IMG/VR virus record: IMGVR_UViG_3300017655_000263
Coordinates: 1 to 64,000 of that record
Origin: an uncultured virus (IMG/VR IMGVR_UViG_3300017655_000263)
Taxonomy: Duplodnaviria; Heunggongvirae; Uroviricota; Caudoviricetes
Length of the DNA: 64,000 nt
Direction: 5' to 3' (one strand)
Shown here: positions 40,036-49,449 of the stretch, piece after piece
Layout of the letters: each line of letters begins with the position of its first letter
Numbering within the stretch: position 1 is the stretch's first letter
The notes under the pieces: generated by a model
What the model saw: only the letters and a program-made list of their open reading frames with translations
The model's database searches: none
What the model was told of the DNA's origin: nothing
Position numbers and translations under genes: made by a program

Positions 40036-40439
40036 AGGGATATGCCACGACGGGAATGATTAGCATTAATAGATCCCAAGCGTGAGTTCTCGGAGTGTGT
40101 GATCCACTCCATGTTATCCACTGTATAACCGCGGTCCGAATTGATACGGTTAACAGATGGACAGAGCTTTCGGTCATAACCGGATCGCTCATAGGCAAGC
40201 CACAACTCATAGAACGGCCACTGGTCGATGGCCCATGCGTAAAATGCTTCTCGCGCCAGCAGTTCCTTACCCTTATAGAGGTGGTACTTGGCTTTCTGGA
40301 CCCCAGTGACTCTTGACTCCATATTGCGATAGGCACGCATCAGGAAGCCTGATCTGGTCTTTTCATACTTCTTAGTACTCAGATTTCCCGTTCGTATGCG
40401 GTACTCTCGTTGGTGTTTATTTGCCTCTTCTCTGGTCAT
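40032..40439 (-). CDS. HNH-like phage protein
   Basis: PSVNRINSDRGYTVDNMEWITHSEN. Confidence 0.65.
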   Translation of the reverse strand: MTREEANKHQREYRIRTGNLSTKKYEKTRSGFLMRAYRNMESRVTGVQKAKYHLYKGKELLAREAFYAWAIDQWPFYELWLAYERSGYDRKLCPSVNRINSDRGYTVDNMEWITHSENSRLGSINANHSRRGISL

Positions 40440-41302
40440 ATATCTCCTTGATTCGTCCTGGTTTTATAGTCTTTCTGCTTAGATTCGAATACGCCATCCT
40501 GGTTATAGAAGTACCCATCAAACATGAACTCCCCCTTTTCGACTTGGATAGAGTGAAATACATGTCGATCGGCCCCCACCTGTTGCTCAAGGTAACCAAA
40601 TGAGTGGCTCCAGTCGTTAAAGGGAAGATAGGTTGGGTTAAGACGGCACATAACACCAAGCGTGTAGAACTTGTAGTCTGTCCTGCGGTTGACAACTTGC
40701 CAGACTCGCTCGCGATGCCAGTGCCCCTGCACACCCGGCCCCCCAGCCTTCTCCGCAGCACTCTTGGAAGGGTTTTGGCCTCCACCACCTAACCCTTTGC
40801 CACCGTGCTGGATATCAAATCCAAAATGACTGTACACATCTGGGTAAGAAAACCACTCGATACCCCGCTCTTTTAGGCTGAGGGCCTCAGCCAACACAGA
40901 GTTGGGGTCCTTTGACTTAGTCATAAACGGAAGCAGCTCTGGATGTTCGAGGATTCGCTGTCTGATTCGATCAGAGTGATTTCCATAGAGAAATTTGGTA
41001 ATTGTGTTGGGAGAAGCTTCCGCCAACTCATCCAAGATTCGCTTCGCCATCCCCAACTCCTCAGCAGTCTGGCCAAGCCGGGCGGGATCCTTGTCGAACT
41101 TCGAGAGCTCATAAGCATCAATAAAATCACCATTGATTATATGGTAGTCGGGGCGCTTATGACGCATGAAATTGAGGAAGGCACGGTATGTGGGAATATC
41201 TACTTCTGGGATGTGCCAGTCGCCAGATATGATAGTACGCCGTATCTCAGGTGCATTCCTTCTAGGTCGGCCTTTAGACCGACTGGGCAATGAGAGTTTC
41301 AT
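40436..41302 (-). CDS. Calcineurin-like metallophosphoesterase
   Basis: GDWHIP, NGDFID, GNHSDR, HG and GHWH motifs. Confidence 0.85.
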   Translation of the reverse strand: MKLSLPSRSKGRPRRNAPEIRRTIISGDWHIPEVDIPTYRAFLNFMRHKRPDYHIINGDFIDAYELSKFDKDPARLGQTAEELGMAKRILDELAEASPNTITKFLYGNHSDRIRQRILEHPELLPFMTKSKDPNSVLAEALSLKERGIEWFSYPDVYSHFGFDIQHGGKGLGGGGQNPSKSAAEKAGGPGVQGHWHRERVWQVVNRRTDYKFYTLGVMCRLNPTYLPFNDWSHSFGYLEQQVGADRHVFHSIQVEKGEFMFDGYFYNQDGVFESKQKDYKTRTNQGDI

Positions 41303-41368
41303 AGATAAATATGTCCTCTAGGTAATATCTATCTTATACACACTTACTATATATCTGTCAATAACCGA

Positions 41369-42103
41369 CTATTGGTTATTCCTCATCTCTCTCCACCTAT
41401 CCCTAATCATCTGGGCATATCTCACAGACCTTAGGCCATAGGCACCCAAAGCAATACAGTCATTTACTTCCACAGGAAGGGTCTCGCCACTCGCAATCAC
41501 ACCGACGTCCAGAGAGAAGGCCACCGGTTGATCTGTGTAGGTGTCGATCATTTGCTCGATCTTCAAAACATCGGGAAAGATAGTTGGGGTTCCGAGGTAA
41601 TGGCTGATATTGACGATCTGGTGGTGGTGAATGAACACTCGCCACTCAGATCCAAACTGCACGACTTCACTACACAAGACCGGAGTGGCACTATCTGCGT
41701 GGAGAAAAACAAGGGTGTCAAATCTATTGCTTATCACTTTCCCAGGGAAGAGTTTGTGCTGATCTGGAAGAGGCTTGACGAAGATTGGCTGGAAGGACTC
41801 AGCAGAGGTCAAATCTATGACATCATCTATCGTTGACTTCCATAGCCTTCGGCCAGCAAAAGGAAGTAACTCCGCGGGAATCGCCTCTAGGCCGGAGTAT
41901 TGTATGGATAATTTCTTGAAAGCTCTCTCTACCTCAACCACACCGCCGATAACAATTGCATCAGGAGGCAAGTCAAATCTCAATTGACTGTCCTCGAAAA
42001 AGTGGATTTCATGACCTAGACTATCGAATCCCCGCCACGCCAGGTAGTGGTTCTTTGTTGGAAACTGGTTATGGAATCGGGGAATATATATAGGTTCAAG
42101 CAT
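41369..42103 (-). CDS. ATP-grasp domain protein (DUF4343-like)
   Basis: FVKP....KLF.G, SEWRVF, LDVG and VEVND...LGAYG. Confidence 0.8.
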   Translation of the reverse strand: MLEPIYIPRFHNQFPTKNHYLAWRGFDSLGHEIHFFEDSQLRFDLPPDAIVIGGVVEVERAFKKLSIQYSGLEAIPAELLPFAGRRLWKSTIDDVIDLTSAESFQPIFVKPLPDQHKLFPGKVISNRFDTLVFLHADSATPVLCSEVVQFGSEWRVFIHHHQIVNISHYLGTPTIFPDVLKIEQMIDTYTDQPVAFSLDVGVIASGETLPVEVNDCIALGAYGLRSVRYAQMIRDRWREMRNNQ

Positions 42104-42108
42104 GGCTA

Positions 42109-42702
42109 TTAGGACTGGCTAATGCCTACTTCTGATAGCAAAACAGCACACATGCGCTCGATCAAAGGTTGCTGCCATTTCAGCCTCGACTGTTTGCGCT
42201 CTGCTTCTCGCCTATTTCGTTCCTGAACATAGCCAGCATATAGCTGAGAGAAGTTCGCGGCGATTACCGCCGGATAGATAATATCTCGTTCCAAACCGAG
42301 AGCAAACAAGTCCTGCAGTCGCTGCTTCACCGTCTCATTGAGCTGGTGCCCCTTGCAGTAAGTCTCCCATGCCTGGTGACATTCCCAGCACAACACCATC
42401 AGATCCTCGTCGCACTCCTTCCATAGAATAGATTCACCACGACGGGTATAACGCAGGTGATGAAGGGTCAGTTTCCTGGCATATCCACAAGCTTCACACC
42501 CGCCACGTTCGGCAAACAAACGAGTACGAAGACCGATCCAGTGGGGCGAGTTGCAATAGACGCGGTAGTCGATCAACCGAATGGACACAGGCGTGTTAAA
42601 CGGCCTTTTCTTTACTGGCAGGTGATGTGTCCTACTTTGGAAGCCATCATCCCATCTATCGGGGCTGTAGCGTCTCGTCTTAGCCATCCCGATCACCATC
42701 AA
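42109..42702 (-). CDS. HNH-like protein
   Basis: SPHW...R...CEACG...LHHLRY...DLMVLCWECH. Confidence 0.65.
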   Translation of the reverse strand: MMVIGMAKTRRYSPDRWDDGFQSRTHHLPVKKRPFNTPVSIRLIDYRVYCNSPHWIGLRTRLFAERGGCEACGYARKLTLHHLRYTRRGESILWKECDEDLMVLCWECHQAWETYCKGHQLNETVKQRLQDLFALGLERDIIYPAVIAANFSQLYAGYVQERNRREAERKQSRLKWQQPLIERMCAVLLSEVGISQS

Positions 42703-44193
42703 GCAGCCACACCGCCAAGCTCACAAGCAAACCTGACAGTTTCAATAGGACTAAGGTGCCAATAGGCCAAAGCCAGAGGAAAGCGCCTAGCTTGCCGGCG
42801 AATTCGCTACCGAAGATCCAGCTATAGAGCAAGAGTGGGACGGATAGGGTAATGCTAAGTGTCACACAGAGTAGTAGACAGCCTAACTGGGTCGTTTGGT
42901 TATCATCTTGATTCATCTATCTCCTATTCATCACTATCCATGTGATCGGAAATTACAAAAGCTGCAATAACCAATATCGCGAGTATCAACCAAAACATAT
43001 ATCCCTTTCGCTAATAGCTCCCTTATACGCTCTTGAAATACATATGTCAACACACAGAAAAGAGGCTGGATATACATCCAACCTCCAATCCTATCTCTTC
43101 GATTTTTCGACTTCTAGCTCTTCTCACCTATCTTCTGGACATATACCTTGGACTCATCATCTTCAGCAGTCCACACCATTACCCGGATACCAAATGATGA
43201 GGCGATCCGGCCCAAGGAAACCTTAGCCCCACGTACCGTTTTCCCCTCAGGAATATCCACAACCGCAACCTTATCATCCGGAAGTGTTTGAATGACCTCG
43301 GTGTAGTACGGGTTAGTCGCAATGGTATTCGCTGGAGGCGCTGGTGCTTCACTTGGATCGATGAACTTTATAGCCATTGTCTGTATCTCCCTGGATTCTT
43401 CTCGAATATATCTGAATAGTCTATCACTCTAACGGGAATCTATTACCTGCGTTTCAAACAGTATCGAGCGTGCCTCAAAGTTCATAGCCTGGAATTCATT
43501 GGGTACTACAACAAGGGGAAATATCAGCGACGCAGACAAAGACATCCCCAGACTAGGTCTGGGGATGCGGGGCCGTCCTATCCGTACTGAAGGAGAGGCA
43601 CTCCTATGGTATCAGACTTACCCAAGGTGAGGACTTTGTCGATCAGCCAATGAGATCCAGACCACACCGAGGGGCTTGATCGGCGTGCCCCGGATCCCAT
43701 CGCTGCCTCATGCCTATTCCGGTGACGCGCGCCGTGCACAGACATGAGAACTCCCCAGTATATGGGGATGATGATCCCCCAGCGCAGGAATCCTACCAGT
43801 GTCGCCTTTATCTTGCCCAATCACAGAGAAATGGAGCACCAGGCACATTTGCTGGGGTACGCAACGATTGGCTCCGGTACTCCACACCTAAACTAATGCA
43901 AGATTAGTGCCTGTAGGCGGAGTATCACTTATGAATCTACCAGAGGGACAATATTCTCAATATCTGGGTCCCCACCCTGGTAATCACTCAGTATCTGATC
44001 AGCCGCTTCATCTACGTCCATGAACTGGATATAGGCTGCAGCGATCTCCGCCAATCCATGACGTGCCATATCTCCTGGATCGAGTGGATTGAATTGCTCT
44101 CCCGCCGACTTTGCGCCGAAGTCCAGCAGAATCAGAGCAGTAAGCTTATCCAGGATATCCCACCTGTCTTCTCTAGTTATGTGTGGAGGGATC

Positions 44194-45090
44194 TTAGAAG
44201 TCATCATCAGGATTCCCCACCCGGAACAACGGTAGTCCAAGGGAGTGCCATAGTCGGCAGACTTGTAGGCGATCGTCGAAGACGGCCATCACGTTGTATT
44301 TCCCTTTGATATGCTCGTTGTAGATGTCTCTCTTGACGTCGACGTCCTGCCGACGGTCATCTGATCCACGCATATAGAGGCGGCTGTAAAAGACACTGTG
44401 ATTCTGCAGGAATCTCTCTGTAGGCTCACGATGTGTTTCGGGTCTTCCGGACACCAGGAAGAGAGCTCGGCCGAAGTCCCCTTGAGTATTAGTTCGGGCT
44501 GCTCCAGAGACGATGTCCCAAACGGGTCTGTTGAACAAGTCTTGGTCGCAAGTCGACGCGTCGTAGGGGTTACGGCCGTTCAGTAGCGCCAAAGTCCCAT
44601 CTAAATCGCAAACGATTGCCTCTGGAAGGTCGAGATTGTATTCAACCACCTCCGCCTTCGGTGCCAGAAACTGGCTATGCATGTCCCGTATGACCTTCTC
44701 GCCCACTGACTTCTCACGCTTCAGATCGCGCTTGATACACTCCTCAAGGGGAACATCTGTGAAGTCCTGGATTCGGACACGGTGCTGCTTACCTTCCAGC
44801 TTGTTGATTTCGGAAACCAGGTGACGGATACGCGCTTCGTGCTTGCTCGCAAGATTAGTGTCGTCAATTATGAGGTGGGTATTGTTCTTCAGCGCCTGCC
44901 GAATAACTTGATCACGCAGGTCCAATACAAACCTCTCGTTGGATCGGCTCCAGCGACCACCATCTAACATGGCGCGGATATCGTCTTTTGACCAGCGTTT
45001 TGTTTGTCCGGGATTGGCTTCGACTTGCTGACGAGCGTAGGTTGTTTTTCCACTGGCAGGCAAGCCCTTTAAAATTTGTACCTCAGACAT
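44194..45090 (-). CDS. pseT: Polynucleotide 5'-kinase / 3'-phosphatase (T4 Pnk/PseT-like)
   Basis: GLPASGKT P-loop, IDDTN, HAD DLDGTLA, VSGR and FDDR; ATG 45090 follows GAGGAGG. Confidence 0.92.
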   Translation of the reverse strand: MSEVQILKGLPASGKTTYARQQVEANPGQTKRWSKDDIRAMLDGGRWSRSNERFVLDLRDQVIRQALKNNTHLIIDDTNLASKHEARIRHLVSEINKLEGKQHRVRIQDFTDVPLEECIKRDLKREKSVGEKVIRDMHSQFLAPKAEVVEYNLDLPEAIVCDLDGTLALLNGRNPYDASTCDQDLFNRPVWDIVSGAARTNTQGDFGRALFLVSGRPETHREPTERFLQNHSVFYSRLYMRGSDDRRQDVDVKRDIYNEHIKGKYNVMAVFDDRLQVCRLWHSLGLPLFRVGNPDDDF

Positions 45091-46357
45091 TGGCCTCCTC
45101 GCTTTGAGACTGCTCTGCCTCGAGATCTGTTGCTTCCTCATCCAGCATCTTCGACTCAAAACTCAAGAATTCTGGGCTCTTGGCTTTTAGAATATAAGGA
45201 GTAAGACCATCAACCCGGATACAAACACCCTCGTCAACCGTACCGTTGTCATCTAGCGGGATTGCGTGGGTGTATCCAGTCTCGGCATAGTGGCGATCCA
45301 TGAATGCCTGGACGTCGAACTCATCGATCTTGCCACGCCACAGTTCTGGTACATGCTTCAGCCCAAGCTCTTCGCAAAATAACCTCACCTGGTCCCAGGA
45401 GAGATCAGTCAGACGCCCCTGATTGTTGATGAATGCGACGCGGTAAATGTAAAGCTCATTGACTCCCATCGGTTGGCCGTAGTGATATCCCTTCTGGATG
45501 TCTCCACCATCAGGGGTGTACCCTACCAACTCACCATAGAGGATGAAGTTCTGGGGCAGAATGCCCTCCAGACGCTGGCCTGATTCAGTCCAGATGTCGG
45601 ACGAATAGAATCCACCATCGGGGTTGTGAACGTCCTTGATGACCTTTCGGGATCCAAACACATAATCGTACTCATGAGTCTCGATGCGTAGTCCTAGACG
45701 CTTCAGAGCCTTCTCTAAGATGTTTAGTTTTCGGGTGACAATCGTATGGCCGATGCGTGAGCTTGTCCCATGCAACTTTTGGGTGACCACCACCTGAGTA
45801 CCTGGCAGGATTCGGTCGACATTGCGGAAGAAGTTATCGGAGTCCAGGTGTTCGGGAAGGAACTTAGCATCTACGCGGACAAATCGGGGTTTCTTTACCA
45901 GATTAGCGTTCCCGCTCGATCGACGCTTAATTTCGTATTTCTCGCACAGCTTGTGACCATTCAGTTCATCGAAAGTATCACCAACCTGGAGTTCTTTCAC
46001 CTTTGCGCCGGTGAATTCCAGTGAGTTCAAGGGCATAAAGAGGCAGTCAGAGCGGTTGCCGCGGAACTTCATGGCTTTTACCCGGCGATTATCTTCCAGG
46101 TAGCCTTTGGCGCTCTGGTCCTTATTCTTGTCACTGTGTCGGTAAAGACTATTTTCTCGACAAAACTCATCACTTAGCTGGGTTTCCGCCGGGAAGACAA
46201 TGCCAATATCCCCTACCTGGGTGCTCTTGCCAACGATGGCCTGGAATCCGATAAGTGGAGTACCGACGATGTTGTCGGATCCCTCAAGTTGATTGATGGC
46301 AGTAATTTTCACGACGACTGCGGCGTAGTTTGCGTTCTCTGGTGCCTGTAACTTCAT
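45083..46357 (-). CDS. ATP-dependent RNA ligase with N-terminal OB-like module (DRB0094-like)
   Basis: Motif I TQKLHGTS, FGSRK, YGELVG, HVPEL, EGVCIR and LKAKSPEFL. Confidence 0.85.
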   Translation of the reverse strand: MKLQAPENANYAAVVVKITAINQLEGSDNIVGTPLIGFQAIVGKSTQVGDIGIVFPAETQLSDEFCRENSLYRHSDKNKDQSAKGYLEDNRRVKAMKFRGNRSDCLFMPLNSLEFTGAKVKELQVGDTFDELNGHKLCEKYEIKRRSSGNANLVKKPRFVRVDAKFLPEHLDSDNFFRNVDRILPGTQVVVTQKLHGTSSRIGHTIVTRKLNILEKALKRLGLRIETHEYDYVFGSRKVIKDVHNPDGGFYSSDIWTESGQRLEGILPQNFILYGELVGYTPDGGDIQKGYHYGQPMGVNELYIYRVAFINNQGRLTDLSWDQVRLFCEELGLKHVPELWRGKIDEFDVQAFMDRHYAETGYTHAIPLDDNGTVDEGVCIRVDGLTPYILKAKSPEFLSFESKMLDEEATDLEAEQSQSEEANV

Positions 46358-46420
46358 ATACCTCCTACTAAATACTGATTGCCTAATGTTTCACATGAAA
46401 CGTAAACGTACACCTTTATC

Positions 46421-47095
46421 CTACTTGGAAGTCTTACGCTTCTTCTTCTGTGTTGTCTTCTTGGCTACTTCCTTGATGCCTTCCACGGTGACTCCAGTGA
46501 TCGTTACCTGATCACCAGTCTCTTCATCTCGAAGGACCATAGTGCCCTCGGGAAGTGATGGGTCGGTGGTGACATTCACCTTGGCACCAGCATCCAGGGC
46601 TTCTGCGATACGCTTTTGAGCCGCCTTAGTGCGTCGAACCTTGGCTTTGTCCTTCTGATCGTCCTTCTCATCATCCGCCATTCGGGTCTTTACCTGGGCG
46701 ATGCGTTCCCGGGTCTTCTTGTGTTCGGCCGCAATGGCATCCCTCGTCTTCTGGCCGTCTTCCTGGATATTCGACTGGGTGGCCTCAACGACTGAAGTGG
46801 CTTCTGTGGAGATGACTCCGGCCAATTCGTCGGCCAACGGAAGTTTCTTCACCACCCCGGTTAGCATCTTCACTGCTGTCTGATTGTTCTTGGCATGACT
46901 GGATGACTGACTACGAGTCTCTTCAGCTTCGGAGGTGATGCGCTCCTGCAGATCTATGAAGGGTTTGCGTAGGTCTGGGAACTCTGGGGATTTCCGGTTG
47001 AGCAGGTGATTCTGTTTACTCTCCAGACGGTAGATATACACCCAGAGGGTGAGAATACCGGCGAAGTTGAGGAGGATAAAAGGGATGGGGTTCAT
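46421..47095 (-). CDS. N-terminally membrane-anchored coiled-coil protein
   Basis: FILLNFAGILTLWVYIY TM; charged helical body; ATGA overlap with the TROVE stop. Confidence 0.6.
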   Translation of the reverse strand: MNPIPFILLNFAGILTLWVYIYRLESKQNHLLNRKSPEFPDLRKPFIDLQERITSEAEETRSQSSSHAKNNQTAVKMLTGVVKKLPLADELAGVISTEATSVVEATQSNIQEDGQKTRDAIAAEHKKTRERIAQVKTRMADDEKDDQKDKAKVRRTKAAQKRIAEALDAGAKVNVTTDPSLPEGTMVLRDEETGDQVTITGVTVEGIKEVAKKTTQKKKRKTSK

Positions 47096-48573
47096 ACCTC
47101 CACCTCCTCAATCTCATGAACCAGCGCGTTCTTGTCAACTTCGAGCTTGGGTAATAACTCCAGCGTCTTTTCACTGAACCCTGCCAGGCAGAATACGCGA
47201 TCCTCAGGGAATTGCAGTGTGCCGTAGCCGGCCAGGTCGACTGAGAAGACTGTTGGGTTTGCCCCGGTGCGCTTCTTATACGCGTTGAAGGCTGTGGTTG
47301 GTGTGCGATAGCCCATCCAACCCTGCATATCAGAGAAGATAACGATGCGGTCGTATGCTTTGGTCGCCGTATTGAAGGCAGCTTCAAAGTTGGTGCCGTG
47401 GCCAACGCTTGTAGCACCGCCCCAGCGATTGGCCTCCTCAAGAGCCATCATGATGCTCAAGATGCTGTCGGCCGGGTTGAAGGTGAAATAGCGGGCAGTG
47501 TCACCAAAGTAAATCAGATCGGCGTCCTGAGACTTAGCCAGGGACACACCCAGCAGGGCTCCAGTCTGGAACATCGTTGCCTGGGAGTTGCCACTCATAC
47601 GGCTGTCCATTGAGCCGGAGTGATCGATCACAACCAACGTCTTTCCTGGCATCTCGGGCAGATTTCCGACGGAATGGTCGAGTGCGGTGGACAGGGCCTT
47701 CAAGACCTTATTGGCGCCGGAGACCTGACTCATCTGCTGATACGCGGTGTAGAAGCGGAATGGCAGGACACGGGAGCGACGAACCTGGTTTGGGTCGGCC
47801 AGGGTTTCTAGCGCCTGCTTGATGACGCTCTCGTCTTTTACCTGTTCAACCAAATTCCTTAGGTTACGCAATGTAGCCATGTAACCGAGCTTGCGGTTGG
47901 TAATCAGTTCAGCCCAGGCCTCAGCCTTCAGATCCGCCTTGTCCTCATCGGACTCGGCCGACTTTCCAGCCTCAGTCAGTTTGGCTTCCCAGGTGTCGGT
48001 GTTCTTTAGTGTGCCCTCAATGAGTTGTTTGAGCGCCTCAGTATTCTTGGCTGACGGAACCGGGTGGGTGATGTTAACCAGGTCAATGAGCGACAACGTT
48101 TTGTCTTCACCCCGGTATTTAGCCAGCTGGTAGCCGTCAAACTTGGTCAAACCAGCTGCCAATCCCTTCTTTAGAGAGTTCGGAATCGGCTTGCCGTATT
48201 TGGTTGTGTAGTAGGAAAGGATCTCTGTGGCGTCATCAGGGCGCTGGACAACTGCGGCGAAGAATCGCTTGGTCCATTGCTCACCCTTGACCAGTCGGGC
48301 AACCTCACCGGCGGCCACGTGGCTAATCGAGCGCAGATTGTACTTGGTTCGGGCGAAGAGAGCAGCCTGAGCAGCGAAGCGCTTATCCGGCAGGGTTTCA
48401 ATCAATTCGACGAGACGCCTCATAGTGTTGTCAGCTGATCGGTAGTATTGGTCTGTGACAAATGAATTCAGAAGAATGGAGGCTATTTCAAGCTTCGCAT
48501 CCTCCTTGTATGCGCGACCGCCTGCAAAATTTGTGGTGCGGGTGCCGACTGTTGTGGAATTGAAACGTGACAT
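47092..48573 (-). CDS. Ro60/Rsr TROVE-domain RNA-binding protein with vWA domain
   Basis: TNFAGG.AY, FAAQAALFAR...LRS, YQLAKY, TWE, ATLRNLRN, LPFRF..A and vWA DHSGSM / GT / FSD.Q MIDAS motifs. Confidence 0.93.
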   Translation of the reverse strand: MSRFNSTTVGTRTTNFAGGRAYKEDAKLEIASILLNSFVTDQYYRSADNTMRRLVELIETLPDKRFAAQAALFARTKYNLRSISHVAAGEVARLVKGEQWTKRFFAAVVQRPDDATEILSYYTTKYGKPIPNSLKKGLAAGLTKFDGYQLAKYRGEDKTLSLIDLVNITHPVPSAKNTEALKQLIEGTLKNTDTWEAKLTEAGKSAESDEDKADLKAEAWAELITNRKLGYMATLRNLRNLVEQVKDESVIKQALETLADPNQVRRSRVLPFRFYTAYQQMSQVSGANKVLKALSTALDHSVGNLPEMPGKTLVVIDHSGSMDSRMSGNSQATMFQTGALLGVSLAKSQDADLIYFGDTARYFTFNPADSILSIMMALEEANRWGGATSVGHGTNFEAAFNTATKAYDRIVIFSDMQGWMGYRTPTTAFNAYKKRTGANPTVFSVDLAGYGTLQFPEDRVFCLAGFSEKTLELLPKLEVDKNALVHEIEEVEV

Positions 48574-48605
48574 GTGCCTCCTACGAAAGGTAATAGTGAT
48601 TAGTG

Positions 48606-48696
48606 GGTATTCGATAGCTACCCCTCAACTCCTTGGGAGAAAGTTGAGAGGTATTAAGTCGCCTCATCCGAAGATGAAGGGTAGTCACCGAATATC
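48606..48696 (-). ncRNA. Structured RNA motif (element A) between the Y RNAs and ro60
   Basis: Outer stem GAUAUUCGGUGACUACCC/GGGUAGCUAUCGAAUACC, UCAUC-UUCG-GAUGA hairpin, CUCAACU/AGUUGAG stem; homolog at 60555-60701. Confidence 0.6.
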
Positions 48697-48839
48697 AGTC
48701 CAGCGGGAGAAAACCGAGGTGGGAAATGTACGTGCTCTACCACTGAGCTATGGGGCCCTAGGTGGCCCCAGTTGGATTCGAACCAACGACAACGTCGTTA
48801 AAAGCGAAGTAACCCAATCTCTCACTGCCCGCTGGGCTG
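48696..48839 (-). ncRNA. Y RNA (YrlA-like) 1: permuted tRNA mimic with Lys-UUU anticodon loop
   Basis: Terminal stem CCAGCGGG/CCCGCUGG; CUUUUAA loop, UUGUC, T-arm GUUGG-UUCGAAU-CCAAC, 7-bp acceptor UGGGGCC/GGCCCCA closed by ACCUAG, D-arm GCUC-AGUGGUA-GAGC; next to Ro60. Confidence 0.85.
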
Positions 48840-48849
48840 TGATTTCAAA

Positions 48850-48983
48850 CACTCAGGAGAAAGGTGGGGAGAGTGTAAAAGCGCTCTAACCAACTGAGCT
48901 ACTGAACTTTCGTCCAGACAGGACTCGAACCTGCGACCTCTCGGTTAACATCCGAAGTAACCCTACCCCTCACTACCTGAGTG
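48850..48983 (-). ncRNA. Y RNA (YrlA-like) 2: permuted tRNA mimic with Asn-GUU anticodon loop
   Basis: Terminal stem CACUCAGG/CCUGAGUG; UUCGG-AUGUUAA-CCGAG, AGGUC, GCAGG-UUCGAGU-CCUGU, CUGGAC-GAAA-GUUCAG, GCUC-AGUUGGUUA-GAGC. Confidence 0.85.
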
Positions 48984-48994
48984 AAGTGTTTTCA

Positions 48995-49134
48995 AATGCC
49001 TGGGAGGAAGGTGAGGAGGGTGGAAACATCCTTGCGGACATCGACTGGAATCGAACCAGTATAGGCAACATTTCAAGTGTTGTTGATCACCAAAGATCAG
49101 CGAAGTAACCCTTACCTCTCACTGCCCAAGCATT
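48995..49134 (-). ncRNA. Y RNA-like 3: non-permuted tRNA mimic with Ser-UGA anticodon loop
   Basis: Terminal stem AAUGCUUGGG/CCCAGGCAUU; same 5' GGYAGUGAGRG..GGGUUACUUCG motif; UGAUC-UUUGGU-GAUCA, CAACA-CUUGAAA-UGUUG, ACUGG-UUCGAUU-CCAGU. Confidence 0.8.
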
Positions 49135-49160
49135 CTATGTATTTTTGTATGTACATCTTA

Positions 49161-49189
49161 CTTATACATCTATTATGTATCGTTGTCAA
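49161..49189 (-). promoter_or_regulatory. Promoter of the Y RNA/Ro60 operon
   Basis: TTGACA-N17-TATAAG about 27 nt upstream of Y RNA 3. Confidence 0.75.
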
Positions 49190-49449
49190 TAGGTGAGATA
49201 TTCGCACACTCATCCAAAGAAAAAGGGCCGGGGAGTAAATTCCCCGACCCCAGTTGACCAGAATCATCACTACCGCGTAGTAGATGAAGTCCAGCTGTGG
49301 ATTGTCGATCTCTCGATGCCATCGTTGATGACATGTGTTGCACGCCAGGTGCAGGATGGTCTCTCTTCCATACCTCTTGGGCATAATGTGATGCTTGGAG
49401 GTGTTTTTGCCCTTACGCACAGACCTTCCGCAGAAGAAGCACGTATTGC

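Noticed and set aside
48606..48696. Hammerhead or HDV-like ribozyme
   Set aside because: No CUGAUGA/GAAA core and no convincing nested pseudoknot found by eye; self-cleavage remains untested.
48696..49134. Canonical tRNA genes (Lys, Asn, Ser)
   Set aside because: The arms are permuted or lack a free acceptor and CCA end, and all sit in a shared terminal stem beside Ro60, so they are called Y RNA mimics.
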